From positions 3,089,189-3,153,188 of the forward strand of contig OZ199840.1 in the NCBI GenBank assembly GCA_964304625.1: DNA of 64,000 bases. Direction: 5' to 3'. Source of the DNA: Kudoa neothunni (lineage: Eukaryota > Animalia > Cnidaria). This document shows positions 12,191 to 25,159 of the stretch, in pieces. The notes below the pieces were generated by a model. That model worked only from the letters and a program-made list of their open reading frames with translations. It was not told the origin of the DNA and searched no databases. Each line of letters starts with the position of its first letter. Position 1 is the first letter of the stretch. The position numbers and the translations under genes were made by a program.

Positions 12191-13624
12191 TAGGGTTTCC
12201 CGATCAAAGTGAGAACTGTTGCAATTAATGCAAGAAAGTTTCGATTAAATTGGTCGTAATATAAAATAATTTTTATTTCGTTTATTGTTTAACTAACGGT
12301 AGCAACATTAGCTTCCATCCTTAACCTCCTCGGTATAAATTAAAAATGGGGGTTCCCCGATTTTAACACGTGTTAGTTCCCGATCAAGTCAAGATTTAAC
12401 GTTTTTTGATTTACAAAGTAAATAACTATATTTAAATTATAATGAGTTTGTTTAAAAATATATTATATTTATTTCGCCGTAAACTTTTGATACTAGGATG
12501 GAACTAAACTCAGAAAATATCCGAAATAAAAAAATGGTCTACTATCCCTGATGAAGATAGAGTTAAAATTATCAATAAATCACTCGAAGGAAAATCTACG
12601 AAACAAATATCTGAAGATCTTTCCATTAATTATAAGTCCGTTTGGAGAATCATAAAAAATTATAACAAGAGTGGTTGCATACGTATCCAGAACCGTGGTG
12701 GCGATAAAAAGTCACAGTTGTCTCATGATCAAAAACGTGAAATTTTATCATGGGTTGACTCTGATTGTTTATTGAGGTTAAATGACATGAAAAGAATGAT
12801 TCAGGAAAAATTTAATATTTCTGTGAGCAAAAGCACGGTTGACAGAATACTTCAAAGTTTTCATTATACAATAAAATGTACTGTACCGATTCCTGAGCGG
12901 AGAAATTGTGTGTCTACAATCGAAACTAGATATACCTACGCAAAGGATTTCAGAAAATTCGAGCTGGACATGGAGGATAAAACATTTATCTTTATGGATG
13001 AAGTAGGGTTTGCTGTTGTTACGCGACCAAAAAGAGGACGGGCTGCTCGAGGTGCTTCTCCATATGTTTCTGTCTCGGCCGCAAGAAGCAGAAACATTTC
13101 AGTAGTGGCAGCCATGAATAAATATGGAATGATATTTCATAAAATTCACGATAAGGCGGTGAATGGAGAGGATTTTAAAAGTTGTCTAATTGAAATAAAG
13201 GAGGCATGTACTTTAAAAAACATTAATGATCCTATCTTTATTTTGGACAATGCGCGTATTCACCATTTCTGAATCCAATAGAAAATATATTTTCTGTTTG
13301 GAAAAATTTGGTAATAAGAGGAGAAGCCAAAAATGAAATGGAACTTAAGGGGTTAATCTCTGACAAATTTGATGAAATTACCTCTTCCCATCGTGATGGC
13401 TTCTTCAGAAAAATGCTAAGGTATCTCCAAAAAGCTGAAAATAGGGAAATAATAAATCAGTAATATATTTTTATCCAAATATATTTAAATATATATTGGT
13501 TGTTATTATATTATTGAATAGTTTTTATGCGCAATTTAAGTCTAAGTTAATTAAAATGAGTCTCATTAATTACAATAGTTCTCGGTTTGATTGCAACAAT
13601 TCTCACTTTGATCGGGAAACCCTA
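12191..13624 (+). mobile_element. Tc1/mariner (IS630-like, DDE_3) transposon with disrupted transposase (~12498-13463)
   Basis: TIR TAGGGTTTCCCGATCAAAGTGAGAA at both ends; TA TSD at 12189-12190 and 13625-13626; motifs FMDEVGF, ILDNARIH, FLNPIE. Frameshift in an A7 run near 12530 and an internal deletion near 13260. Confidence 0.93.
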
Positions 13625-13652
13625 TAAGTGAAGTTTAGAGGTTAAAATCAAG

Positions 13653-15962
13653 GATTATTATGGAGCGTGTGGCTCCCCCATTTTTCGCGTTTTTTACGAC
13701 TTTTTTCGTCTTAAACGATTCTAAAAAATCTTATATACTTTTCTCATCTTGACTGTATCAGAATTTTTCCTAAAATTATAAAAATAAATTTATCTTCTAA
13801 TCACATATATGATGGTGAAGTCAACAACATAATCCGCACGTTAAACACTGGTTTCTATATTTCACTATGAAGGAATATGAATGTGATGAAAATTCGTGAA
13901 CTTGAATGTTTATTTTATTTTTTCATGGTTTTATAATGAAAACAAATTAACAATAAGTCATTAGAAACGGATGTTGTTCAAGAATGTTGAATATTGTAAC
14001 TTTCTCCGTCCTCATAGAACTTTTTCATTTTTATTTTATCCTAATTAAAGCTATATAATTATTTTTAGTATTATTAATTTTTATTGTCAAAACAATACAT
14101 TATTAGAGGCAATTATTAAGCGTTATCTGATAAATTGTCTCCTAAATTGTGCTTTAAAGTGTGATTATTAATTGGAAAGTTGACAATGTAACGTATTTTA
14201 TTATTAAATTTCTTTTTTCTTCATATTCATGATTTTTAATGGTAAAAAATGATAAATATTGAGGTAAGAGTTTAATTAAATAAACTGAAACTTGTAATAA
14301 TCTTTTAACGTTTCTTTGACTCAAATATAATTTTAACTTCGAAATTAAATACGTATTTTATTTGTTTAAGTTTTAAAACAAACATTTTGGTGAATATAGT
14401 ATTACTTTAATTATTATATTATAATGATGTCGGATGTTAATAGTTTTTTGTAACAAACAAAACTCAAACTAAATGCTCTTGATTTGTTGTAATTTGAAGG
14501 TTTTTTATAAGATCATATTTTAAAATTTATTCTTAAAATAGAAATCAATATATTTTCTATTTCACTGCAAAGAATGATTAATTTTTCCCCCGAGGCATGT
14601 TGGTGCTTTCTCTCCTATTTATTTGCGATGATGCAATGGCAGCAACTTTTTTGTTGAATAATTTATATTGAGAAAGTGATAGAAAACAAGGAATCGGGAT
14701 GTTGTATAACAAGTGATCTTTGAAAGTTGAGTAATACCACAAATATTTATTTTACCCTTTTTTTGTTTAATATTTGTTTTATATAATTTCAATGAATTAT
14801 ATTAACGTTGATATCGTTTTAAAGATAATACTTTTAAATGATAAATGATATACAGTGCTAGATTTTTATTGATCTAGGGATAATTGTGAAGTTATTCATA
14901 ACCATTCTTGAGGGTATAAATCCGCCCGTGCGCTGCGTTTTCAGCCATTGGGACAATAAACATATTTCCTACAAAAAGAAAACAAACTACTTATTTTATA
15001 GCTGACACAAAAACATCATCTGATAAGTGTACCGTGTGCAATCGCAGTAGGAATAATGAAAATGACAATCATAGGAGAAGATGAATATTATGCTGTTGTG
15101 ATCATCCATGGGAAACTTTTTAGAAGTTATCAAAATTATTTTTCAGCTTTAATGATTAAAAAGTTTTGTTCCGAATAATAAATATCAAGAAATAGAGCCA
15201 GCCTTTAATTATTATACTTTAATAGTCAAAATATGAATTTCAATTTTAAAAAATATTAATTATAAGGTGATATATAAATAAAATATTAATCTAAATTAAA
15301 ATATACTATATTTAGATCATGAAAAATAATTCGGTGTTAACAACTGATCAAACAATACAAAAATTATACAAACATGTGTAATTCTGTTTATTTTCCAGGA
15401 ATTATTATTCATCAAAGAAAATTCATTTCTGAAGATTGTCTTCATTTTATCATTATTAATAATTATTAAATTAGTTGTATATGCATTCTCCAGTTAATAA
15501 TTATCTTAAACGATAGAGTGTTTCGAATGGAATGATTTATAATACTAAAGATAGTTATTTTTGCTTAATTAAAGCAAAAATTTGGAATGAGGAAGTGTTA
15601 TGGGTTGAAGAAACTTTTAATAATTCTATATTTCTGAACAACACTCATTAATAATGACTTACTGTTAATTTTTTTAAAGATAATATCATGCTAAAATAAA
15701 AAAAATTGTTCGATGCATGATTCGTATCCACATTCATATTCCTTCATAGTGAAATATAGAAACCAGTGTATAACATGAGGATTGTGCTGTTGATTTCACC
15801 ATCATATGTGCGATTAGAGGCAAAATTTATTTTTATAATTTTGGGAAAAAAAATTTTATGCGCTCTAAATGAGATGCTCATACAAGATTTTTTAGAACCG
15901 CTTCCTACGAAAAAGTTGTAATAAACGCTAAAAATGAGGGAGCCACACGCTCCACAATTATC
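13653..15962. mobile_element. Non-autonomous long-TIR DNA transposon (MULE-like or Merlin-like)
   Basis: ~240-bp imperfect TIRs starting GATTATTATGGAGCGTGTGGCTCCC / GATAATTGTGGAGCGTGTGGCTCCC; 8-bp TSD AAATCAAG (13645-13652) / AAATCAAA (15963-15970). Superfamily uncertain. Confidence 0.8.
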
Positions 15963-16182
15963 AAATCAAATAGCCGTCTCTTTTACCATTACCAATTTTA
16001 TACACCAGAAGATTGACAATGGCTGGGAATAATACATTGGATTTCGATACCATCCATTTCATAAAAGATTCTGTCGACAAATTAGATCTCAAAGAATCTG
16101 ATCATGGTATACAGAAGTCATGGTGCGAAGAAGATGATAACTTGTTGGATAGCGGCAATGATTCTCTGGAAGCAGCTGCAGT

Positions 16183-16480
16183 GCCTGGACAATATGACAT
16201 AGTGGTGCTAGATCGAGATCGCATTACCATGGGGTTGTGAGTTCGAAGTCTAGTCCGGGCGTTTCTGTACTTCTAATCTGAAATTAAGTAGGAAGAATAT
16301 AATAATCGCAAGGATCTATGATCTATCGTGGCCTTGCTTGCAGCTGGGAGGGGAGCCTGGCGGAAGGATAGAACTAGGGCGTTTTTAAACGCCGAGGTAC
16401 AGAAGCGAAATAAGACCCAGTAGGGGGTTTCCGTAGGGCCGACGCCCGCATTCAGACGACTTTCCCAAACTAATACTAAC
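16183..16480 (+). mobile_element. tRNA-derived SINE-like element or Pol III structured RNA
   Basis: A box TGACATAGTGG 16195-16205; B box GTTCGAA 16241-16247; acceptor-like stem GCCTGGAC/GTCCGGGC; GC-rich structured body; CTAATACTAAC tail. 3' boundary approximate. Confidence 0.55.
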
Positions 16481-16635
16481 TATGTTTATCACAGTATTTC
16501 TTAATCATGTTGCAAACATGTTTAATCAAGTTGCTGGCGTATTTTGTAATTACACTCGATTAAGTTGCAGTAATGTTTAGTAAAACACGACAATTTCTCG
16601 AATTGATACGAAAAAAAAATTAAAACACCTGTATG

Positions 16636-17066
16636 TAGACTCGCAAATTTCGGGATTTTTGTTCTTTTAAATTTGTTATATTATTCGTTCTCGACTTTAT
16701 TTTTGAGAAGTAATTAAGATTCTTAGATTAACTTTGTGCTCTGCTTAGGCATGTTTATGAATTCCCTTATCAATCATTAATAAACATTTTTCGCGGAAAT
16801 AAATGTACTTTTTCACTTGATGATCCTGTTTTTATAATCCGTCTGCATCCACAACCATCGTTCAACACACGTGAAAGAGGAAACAACTTCTTGCTTATTT
16901 GGAAGTCGGTGGACGAATCGAAATGCATTTGGAGCACTCGAAGAAAGATCATTATAGTTGTGACCGTTATAGTATTTCATATTTAAAATAAATATTTGGT
17001 GAAAAATCGAACCGTTATAAAAAATTTGTCCCGGGAAATCTTGAAATCCTGAAATTTGAAAGTCTA
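16636..17066 (-). mobile_element. hAT MITE with BED zinc-finger remnant
   Basis: TIR TAGACTCGCAAATTTCGGGAT / TAGACTTTCAAATTTCAGGAT; TSD CCTGTATG / CCTATATG; ORF 16770-16952 VLQMHF..CGCRRIIKTGSSSEKVHL resembles a BED finger. Confidence 0.8.
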
Positions 17067-17297
17067 CCTATATGCTCCAAAATAATTCTAATGTTAATTC
17101 TTTATTTTGAAGAGCGGAAGCAAAGTTAGACTCAGGATGTTTTGAATAATTTTGGAAATATGCCAATGAAATCTTATTCAGGGTTTTCTCGGTATTTTCA
17201 ATCAAGTCTTCACGATTTTTTAATTATCAACATTGTACTATGGGCTTAAGTTGAGCAAAAATTTCTTCGATAGAATTAAAAAAACGGCGAATATAGA

Positions 17298-19161
17298 TGT
17301 GGTAGAAATAAATTTTTTCGTCATTTTTAATGAGCGTTCCCATTATTTCATTTTTTTATTCTTCATCCACTATAATACTGTAAAACGCAAGTGACTTGCA
17401 ACTTGATCGAGAAATTCTATATATTTTCTAATAAATGTCGCTTATCCTCTAATTGGGTGACAGCATCTGGTGGATTATGCAGGTCCTTCAACACCTTCCT
17501 CCTCGCTCCATGGCGGGGAATATGACTTCATTGAATTTGCTAGCTTTGCATTTTGTTATACACTCCGCTAGGTTGTTGTTTGTAGGGATATAGGAGATAT
17601 TGCATTGTTCACGTATGAAGTGTACTCGCAAGTCGATACGTTTGTAGCGTTGACCACTTCTACCTTCGGTTAAAGCTATGGCGAACGTGCTGTCGCAAAA
17701 TAGTTTTATCGGTGTGTTGATTATAATTTTTAAATCGTCACAAATATTCCTAATAAACAATGCCTCTTTGGGGTCTTCCGTTAATGCAACGTATTCGGAT
17801 TAGCAGGTAGATAGGGGCACAGACTGTTGCTTCTTCGCCTTCCAGCTGGCTGGACTGGAGTCGTCACAAAATTTAAATATATATCCACTTATTGATCCAC
17901 AATCGGACTTATCATTAGCCCAATCTGAATCGAAGTATCCATGTAGGTTTTCTTTGGAAGATTTGTAGTTTAACTTGAAATCCTGAGTAGCTTTGAGATA
18001 ATGCAGGGCAGTTTTGATACATTCCACGTCTCTTATTGGGATTACTCACTTTTTGGGCTAATACCGAGGTCATTTAGCAAACTTCGGGTCTTGAGATGGT
18101 TGCAAGATACATTAGGTTATCAATTGCTTCCCGAAGTGGAACTTTTAAATCATCATTCTTTTCGTGTAATGTTAATTTTCCCGTAAAACCGCTATTTGTT
18201 AAGGTTCTTATAAGTTTGGCATCTTGCATAGTGAATCGTTTTAAGGTTGAGATAATTAGGTCGGTTTGGTCCATTGTCCAGGAGCCGTTGTTCAATTTCT
18301 CGACGTTACCCCCGAGGAAATTTTTGATTGTGCCTTTGTCTTCGATTTTAAACTTTGAGGTTAGATAGGTTTTGATCTGTTCAATTAATTTGAATGATTC
18401 GGATGTGATCGATATATCGTCAACCCATACAATGGGTGTTATTCTTTCGTCACGATTTGTAGAAAATGGAAATGCACATTTATCTGTTTCCCATTGTGTA
18501 AATCCCAATTCAATAAGGCAGGAAGATATAGTATTGTACCATCTTCTCCCACTTTGTTTTAATCCGTATAGAGACTTTTTCAAACGCCAGGTCAGATATT
18601 CACCATTTTGACCATATGATAAGTAAACTTCGGGTTGTTTTACGTAAAATGTTGTATCAATAAGAACATTTGGGTATGCTGTTCTAAAGCCAAGTTGATG
18701 TATGTATTTGTTCTCAACAACCGCTTCTTGAATTATAAGTCGAAGTGTAGTCATAGTTGTTGTCGGAGAGTATGTCTCCTTGTAATCTATTCCGTATATT
18801 TGAGAGTATCCGTAAACTACATATCTTGATTTGTATTTAGGAGTGTTATCGTCATTACTCTTCACATTGAAGATCAATTTACCTTTGATTTCGTTTGCTC
18901 CGTTAGGGAGTCTTGTCAAGTCGTATAAGTCCTTCGTTCTCTTTCCTTTGATTCTATAGCTTCATTGTACGTTATGGGAGTTTGGATTACTTTCCAATTA
19001 ACGTCACATATGTAATCATTGAGGTAACTTGGTTTCCTTGTTTCTCGACGTGGACGATAGTTGAGTTCCATTTTACCATGTTCTTCAGTGTTTCTTTGAT
19101 TATCAGAACTAGACAGTTCTTCGGAAAATGATTGATAATTAGAGTTAGATTGCTCTACCAT
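17298..19161 (-). mobile_element. 5'-truncated Ty1/Copia LTR retrotransposon (RT and RNase H remnants, PPT, 3' LTR)
   Basis: RT motifs KSLYGLKQSGRRW and VWVDDI; RNase H GYFDSDWA and KRIDLRVHFIRE; several frameshifts; PPT GAGGAGGAAGG (17494-17504) followed by a TG..CA LTR at 17493-17298. Confidence 0.92.
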
Positions 19162-19562
19162 CTATTAACACGATGTAACCCTGAGATTTATCGTCGACAC
19201 CGAGGAATTTCCCTCCCAAAGCTCAAGTTTCCAACTTGCTTAGATGACCTTCGGGCCTCACATAACATTTTATTCCGAATTGTCGGCATTTGTGTAGACC
19301 CGGTTTTCTCCCAATGAATAATTCATAGGGTGTTCTGTTATAACCTTTCTCAACTACTCTGTTTCTAACGTAGACCATGTACAGTGCAACCTAGGACTTC
19401 GACTATAATCCGCTCCAGAAATGCGTTCGAATTCCGAAGAAATTTTTCCCATGCAAAACAATGAAAATTAGTTAAATCTGTACCTCTTATCAAATAAATG
19501 GCTATTTTTATTCTTATTTATTAAAAAACAAGCATTCTTTGTGTTAATAAATATATAACAAA

Positions 19563-19945
19563 CTAGCCGTAATACCCGGTGTTGTGTCCAAATTTAGAAA
19601 GCGGTTAGCAAAAGAAAACACGTTGACACAAAATACAACAAAAATAAAAGGATTGGGAACTAGCAGCTAATTTGGGGTTTATATACGATGAATCATTATT
19701 AGCGCCGGCCGCATTATGGAGGAATCATCGGGAAAGGAATGACAGTAGGTGTGTGGAAGACAGGGAGATAGAGATGGATGATTTTCCCTTACCATTTCGT
19801 AGTTGAGTGCATATTACAAGTGTGATAATTATACAGAGGATGATTGATCTTGATTTTGATGGCATAGATTATTTACAGTGGATTCTTCCAAGATTTTGTC
19901 AGAGCTGGGAACGGATTATGTACATAACACCCGGCTACGCTCGGG
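19563..19945 (-). mobile_element. Helitron 3' end; 5' end uncertain (candidates ~20000 or ~23980)
   Basis: After removing the solo LTR, the minus strand reads CCCGAGCGTAGCCGGG-TATTACGG-CTAG|T (hairpin plus CTAG). Confidence 0.65.
19580..19929. mobile_element. Solo LTR (350 bp)
   Basis: TGTTGTGT..ACATAACA termini; perfect 5-bp TSD CCCGG at 19575-19579 and 19930-19934. Confidence 0.88.
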
Positions 19946-21917
19946 GTGTTGGAAATATCTAAATAAGAGAAAAATAATCATTATAACATCTATATACAGA
20001 TTTATCGTCCGAAACCTCCTCCTCAGGTGGTTCTAATCCTCTCGGTCACCCGAGGGTTGATTTAGATGAAAACTTAAAACGCTAAAAAATACAACTAAAA
20101 ATTATTCTATTCTTTTTAAATTTTAACCATCTCTATTCGGACACGAATCCTACTATTCCTAACAGATTAGACATTTAACAGTCCCATAACTATTTTCAAA
20201 TTTCACCGTTGCTTGGAACAAACAATCTTGGAGAAATTCCGAAGTTTGTAGTTTACAATAATTTGTTGATATTGCGTGGATCGATATAGCGTGGTTTTCC
20301 ATTTTTCACTATTATTTATCTTAGAAAATTCAAGAAACTCGGTAAATCTACATTATAAATTGTAATAAATCCCATATAGGCCGTTTATTTCATTTAAAAA
20401 GTTGGGATCATCGAGAATAGAGGGTCTCGCTATTGTGTGGTTTTTTGGGGAATAATCCGCCTACTGACGCGTTGGAAAATTTGAAATGGGAAGGTGTCAA
20501 CCAAATATAAATAAAAAAAAATTATTCAATATTATAAGTATATTCAATTAATACAACGAGCAAAACCAATGACTATTAAGAGTTTAATTTTCCAAGTAGC
20601 TAACATTACCCGATCGATATTGAGCCAAAATGGTTTATTCATCTCTCGATGGATATTTTCAAAGGAGGCAGATACAGTTAATTAAAATATTTCCATTGAT
20701 CGCATAAGAATTTAAGTATGGAAAATATAGAGAGATCGAATGTTGCTGTCACAATCGGATTGTGCAGGGCAAGAGAAAAAGAAAAATATATCTGAGTTTA
20801 TAATCAACAGATAAGTTACAAACATGTTCGAGATTATAACTAATACATAAATTAACAAGTCGGAGAAGCCGCTTTGTTAAGCAACCTCTATATTGTTTTA
20901 GTGTGGGACCTGAACTGTTCGCGTGTGTTTATTCTGAGTCTGAGTGAGCGTGATAGAAAATACAGCAAAGCAGTAACAATATGCCTAAAAATTAATTATA
21001 TTTTCTTCAATAACGGTTTAATTCTAAATTTCAAGACCAACTGCTGTTTGAAGAACATTATATTGCATGATGAGGTTGGAAATACCGATACAAATATTGA
21101 ATTTGAATGGACCTAAAAGGTTTCTGTAGATTTTCGATGGTAAAAACGTGGAGAAATTATTAATTTTAATGAGATTGTAGATTTCTCTCATCTACGGATA
21201 GTCGCTGCAATTAACATATAACATTAAAAAATGAAATCAATTTAAAGGAATGCAGTTCTCGAAAAAGAGAGTCACGTTTCTTTTGCGGTGTCACTAACCT
21301 TTCAGTAAATTATCTTATTCAAAAATTGGCTGGTTGTCCGCAACTTTATTTGTTGAAATTGTTAAAAGCATAGATAAACTATTTAATGAATGAATCAATT
21401 TAATTATATCGAAATGTGCATTCTTCCTAAGAATCTGGTGTCACCAAATCAATAGATTTTGAGTTCACATTATTTGAAGTCTAACTGTAGAAAACCATTC
21501 GGTAGTCAGTTTCTGTTCAATGATTCTACAATAATTTTTCAAACACACTGTCTTTAAGCGTCTTCGTACTTTAAAGGAAGCTCGGGGAATGGTGGCGAGC
21601 TAACTATTGAAAATTATTTCAAGAAATATCCGATATATCAGATCGTGTGATTAGTTTAAGAAAATATTTTTAAACATAAACTATGACGAATTTAATGTAA
21701 ATATTAGTCATACAGAAAAAGCAGTAATTGAAGGTATGTAATACAATTGGTTCATTTTTAATCTATTGCTACATAACAATGCAAATGAGATTGCCGAATT
21801 GAAGCAAGCCAAAGTTATACACGAATAAATGTACAGTAAACTTTATATAAATGCCCTGTGATCGACAAAATGTAATGTTGATGCTGGTTTTTCTTGGGGA
21901 AATCAATTAGTTACGAT

Positions 21918-23674
21918 TAGGGTTTCAAAAAATCGAGGGTCGAGGGTTGACTTCGAGGTTATAGGGATTATCCACTAGTTCGAAGAGATTAAGTCCATGT
22001 ATTAACAAGATTGTGTGATTCGTTCACAGTGGATTTTTGAAATAAATGCGAGGAGAAATTTTCTCATCAAAATTCAGCAGTGCATTATTTTTTTGAAGAA
22101 ACTATTTTATTTCTTTTAAAATATCAGCTAAACTACAGTACTACAGTATCTGTGTAGAACTTTGGGCGGTGTCGCCTTCACGATCGGAAATAAAGTTGTT
22201 TCCTACAATTCGTCCTGTTAATTCACTCCTTCTTTAAAAGTTTTTTCATTTTTGTTCTTATCTCAAAAAATTACATTACACTGTTAAATTCAGATCAAAA
22301 AGAATTAACCTATAAACTGAGAATAAATCTTAGGTAGAGCACATTCGGATTCACGTGGAATCTCTATGTTGTTGATAAATACATCAAAAAAATTATTATT
22401 TCTCTATAATTTTAACAAATTCGAAGTCGTTAATTGTTCTCACTGAATTTTTTCTCTTGTTATTTGTTAGTAATAAGTTTGTAAATGTTCAATCTTGATT
22501 ACGTATTTTAAAAACAGAACTTTCTAATTTATTCTGTTCAAAATTAGAACAAAGATATTTCAATTTAACTATGGCGTAACTTAATGTGTTTTTTAGTTAA
22601 TAAATTTTTTCGCATAGTTTATTCACGATTCAAAAAATGTTACAACAATGTTTGTTCCAAAATTCAAACATGAAAATTTTGAATTAATTTTATTAAGTAA
22701 TCTTTTTATTTATATACATTAAGTAACTAATAATACTAAATAATTATTTTTTAATTCAAATTAATTCAAAAGTAGGGTAATCGTCACAAATCAAAATATA
22801 CGATTTTTAAGTATTTTAAATAAAATCAATTATGGATGTAAATATGTCCAAAGCATTTTTTTGTTACCTATCTCAACAATATAAAAATGGTGTAAAACCT
22901 AAAAATGAACATTTATTATTTAGTTTTTGAATATAAAGTGAAATATTACGTCATATTTTATAATCTACTTCAATATTTTTGTGTGTTTGGATGTTTCAAG
23001 CGTTTTAACCTAATATATAGGGTTTCTCAATTGAACGAGACACTTTTTTGGTTCTGACCAAAATTCGTACTGAAACATTAAAAGCTCTATAAATCAATGT
23101 TTATTATGATTAAATTCATTTCGAGTACCTAGAAAAGTTTTACTTACAGTCTATGATAGGTCCGCTTTAAGTATTCTTATTTAAATTTTATTCTTAGAGA
23201 TTATATAACATAAAATGAGCCGCATTTACATTAATATAAGATATAGGGACAAACGATCTTTTTAAAAAAATACAAAAATAAATGAAAAGCGAAATCACGA
23301 AAGAATATAAAAAATTGAATGGGTTTCTTGTCACCCCAGAAAATGGAATTAGAAACGGAATTCTCTCATTCTATTAATCGCATGTGGCGGAAACGAACCA
23401 AGCTCATTTGGTTCTAAGGTTGAGTTTTCGAAGAGAAATTATTCTAGAATATGACCTACAAAGATATTAAATTTAATGTTTTTTATTTGATTGTTTTAAT
23501 AGATAAGGAATTTGTTAATAATTTTGTTTATTAACAACATTTATTTTTAATCTAGGTGCTAGATGGATGATAGTATTTAATTTATACAAAAATTGAATAA
23601 AAAAGATTAATTTGTAAGTTTAAAACATAATTCTCACTTCAATACATAATCAACCTCGATTTTTTAAAGGCCTA
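21918..23674. mobile_element. Non-autonomous hAT element
   Basis: TIR TAGGGTTTCAAAAAATCGAGG / TAGGCCTTTAAAAAATCGAGG; perfect 8-bp TSD GTTACGAT at 21910-21917 and 23675-23682. Confidence 0.88.
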
Positions 23675-23954
23675 GTTACGATATGTGACCTAAAGGCAGG
23701 CATAAATACTATTGGATAAACATTTATGTTTGAAAATCCACCTTCAATATTTCACACAAAATCTTCATGAACGCCCTATATAAAATTATACAGCCTGGAA
23801 CAAAGAAAAAAAGGCAGTGACTATATCTCAGACAGCGAAAAAAAATTGACTATCTCTTCCGTGGAAAAATATAGTAATGCACATGTTCGAACCCGTCGAT
23901 ATTGCGTGGTAAATTGCTATTCCCAAAAAACCTCCCTGTAACTAGACCTTACTG

Positions 23955-23978
23955 TATATATATATATATATATATATA
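23955..23978. repeat. (TA)n microsatellite, possibly a minus-strand Helitron 5' end
   Basis: About 12 TA units followed by GAT. Confidence 0.8.
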
Positions 23979-24082
23979 GATTATCTTCCGATTTATTCCA
24001 CTTTTACTTGTATCAAAAATCGGCATTTTTTGTTTATTGGATTATATTTTGAAAATCTATCTCATTGTAACGTTACATTATA

Positions 24083-25159
24083 TAGTAGGTGCCCACGAGC
24101 CGCCATGACGCAAGCGAACAAAGCAAAATTTTAATGTGGGTTCTTGCAATTTAATCTCTCTTATTTATCACTACATCTGCATTTATATTCAAAAGTATAT
24201 TAATAAAAACAAATTTTGTTATAACAATGATGTAAAGGTTAATACGATTGATCTCGTCGATCCTTGACTTGAATCTGTAGAAACAAACCATTTAGACAAC
24301 TTGATGATAATATCGATATCTACCAACAAAAATTTTAAATAAAAACACGCAGAAAACTTTCTTAATGAATCATTATATCTTAAGGAAATGTTGCGTAACA
24401 AATAATCATTTTCTGTACTCAAGAGAAGTAGGAGTTAATAACCAAGGTAAATATAATATATACTGATATGCATAATTTCATAAAATTAATTAATATACTC
24501 AATAAAATATAACTAAATGTTTTTACCATACTTATTAGTTGGATTTTGTTTTGAAAAAGTTATAAATATTTTACTGGTAAAGCTCTAACTTTCTTGAATC
24601 GTAAATCGCGGTTTCTAGATCTATGACCGTAGATAACATTTGATAATTACGTTCTCTGAAAAATTTGTACATTTTGCTTAAATAAATTAGAGCATCATTC
24701 ATAGAAATAGTAAATTTTTTAAATGTTTTGTGGTTATTTGTAATTTTCATTCCATTATGAGACTTTATAATGGATTCTTTATTACCCAAAATCTTATTTA
24801 AAGAGGATAGGGATTAAGTTAAAATAATTAGGAATTTTAGTTTTCCTGTATTTTCCATTCGATATTCTTTCATAATCTTACATTATATTTCAAAGAACGA
24901 AGCTGCTTGGTTCTCTTCATGTACCCACAGCCCATCATTTGGGCAACTTCATTCTTAAGCTTAGTACCCACGAGTCTTAAAGTTGAGCTAATTCTTATTT
25001 AGAGCAAATTAAAACAAAAACTAAGGCTTTAATAATTTATTATTATTGTTATACTTTTATTCGATCCATTTTAATTAGTAACAGTATTGTGTAAGTCATT
25101 AAATATTAAATCATGACAGGTGCCCACGAATGGAGGTGCGCACGAGCCGTCTCCTACAG
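24083..25159 (-). mobile_element. pogo/Tigger-derived non-autonomous element
   Basis: Ends TAGTAGG / CTGTAGG (reverse complement); repeated GGTGCCCACGAGCCG-like subterminal motif near 24088, 24964, 25119, 25135; ORF 24571-24789 resembles a pogo C-terminus. Confidence 0.5.

Noticed and set aside
16183-16261. Functional tRNA (Lys- or Sec-like ends)
   Set aside because: No proper D, anticodon or T stems; treated as a tRNA-derived head.
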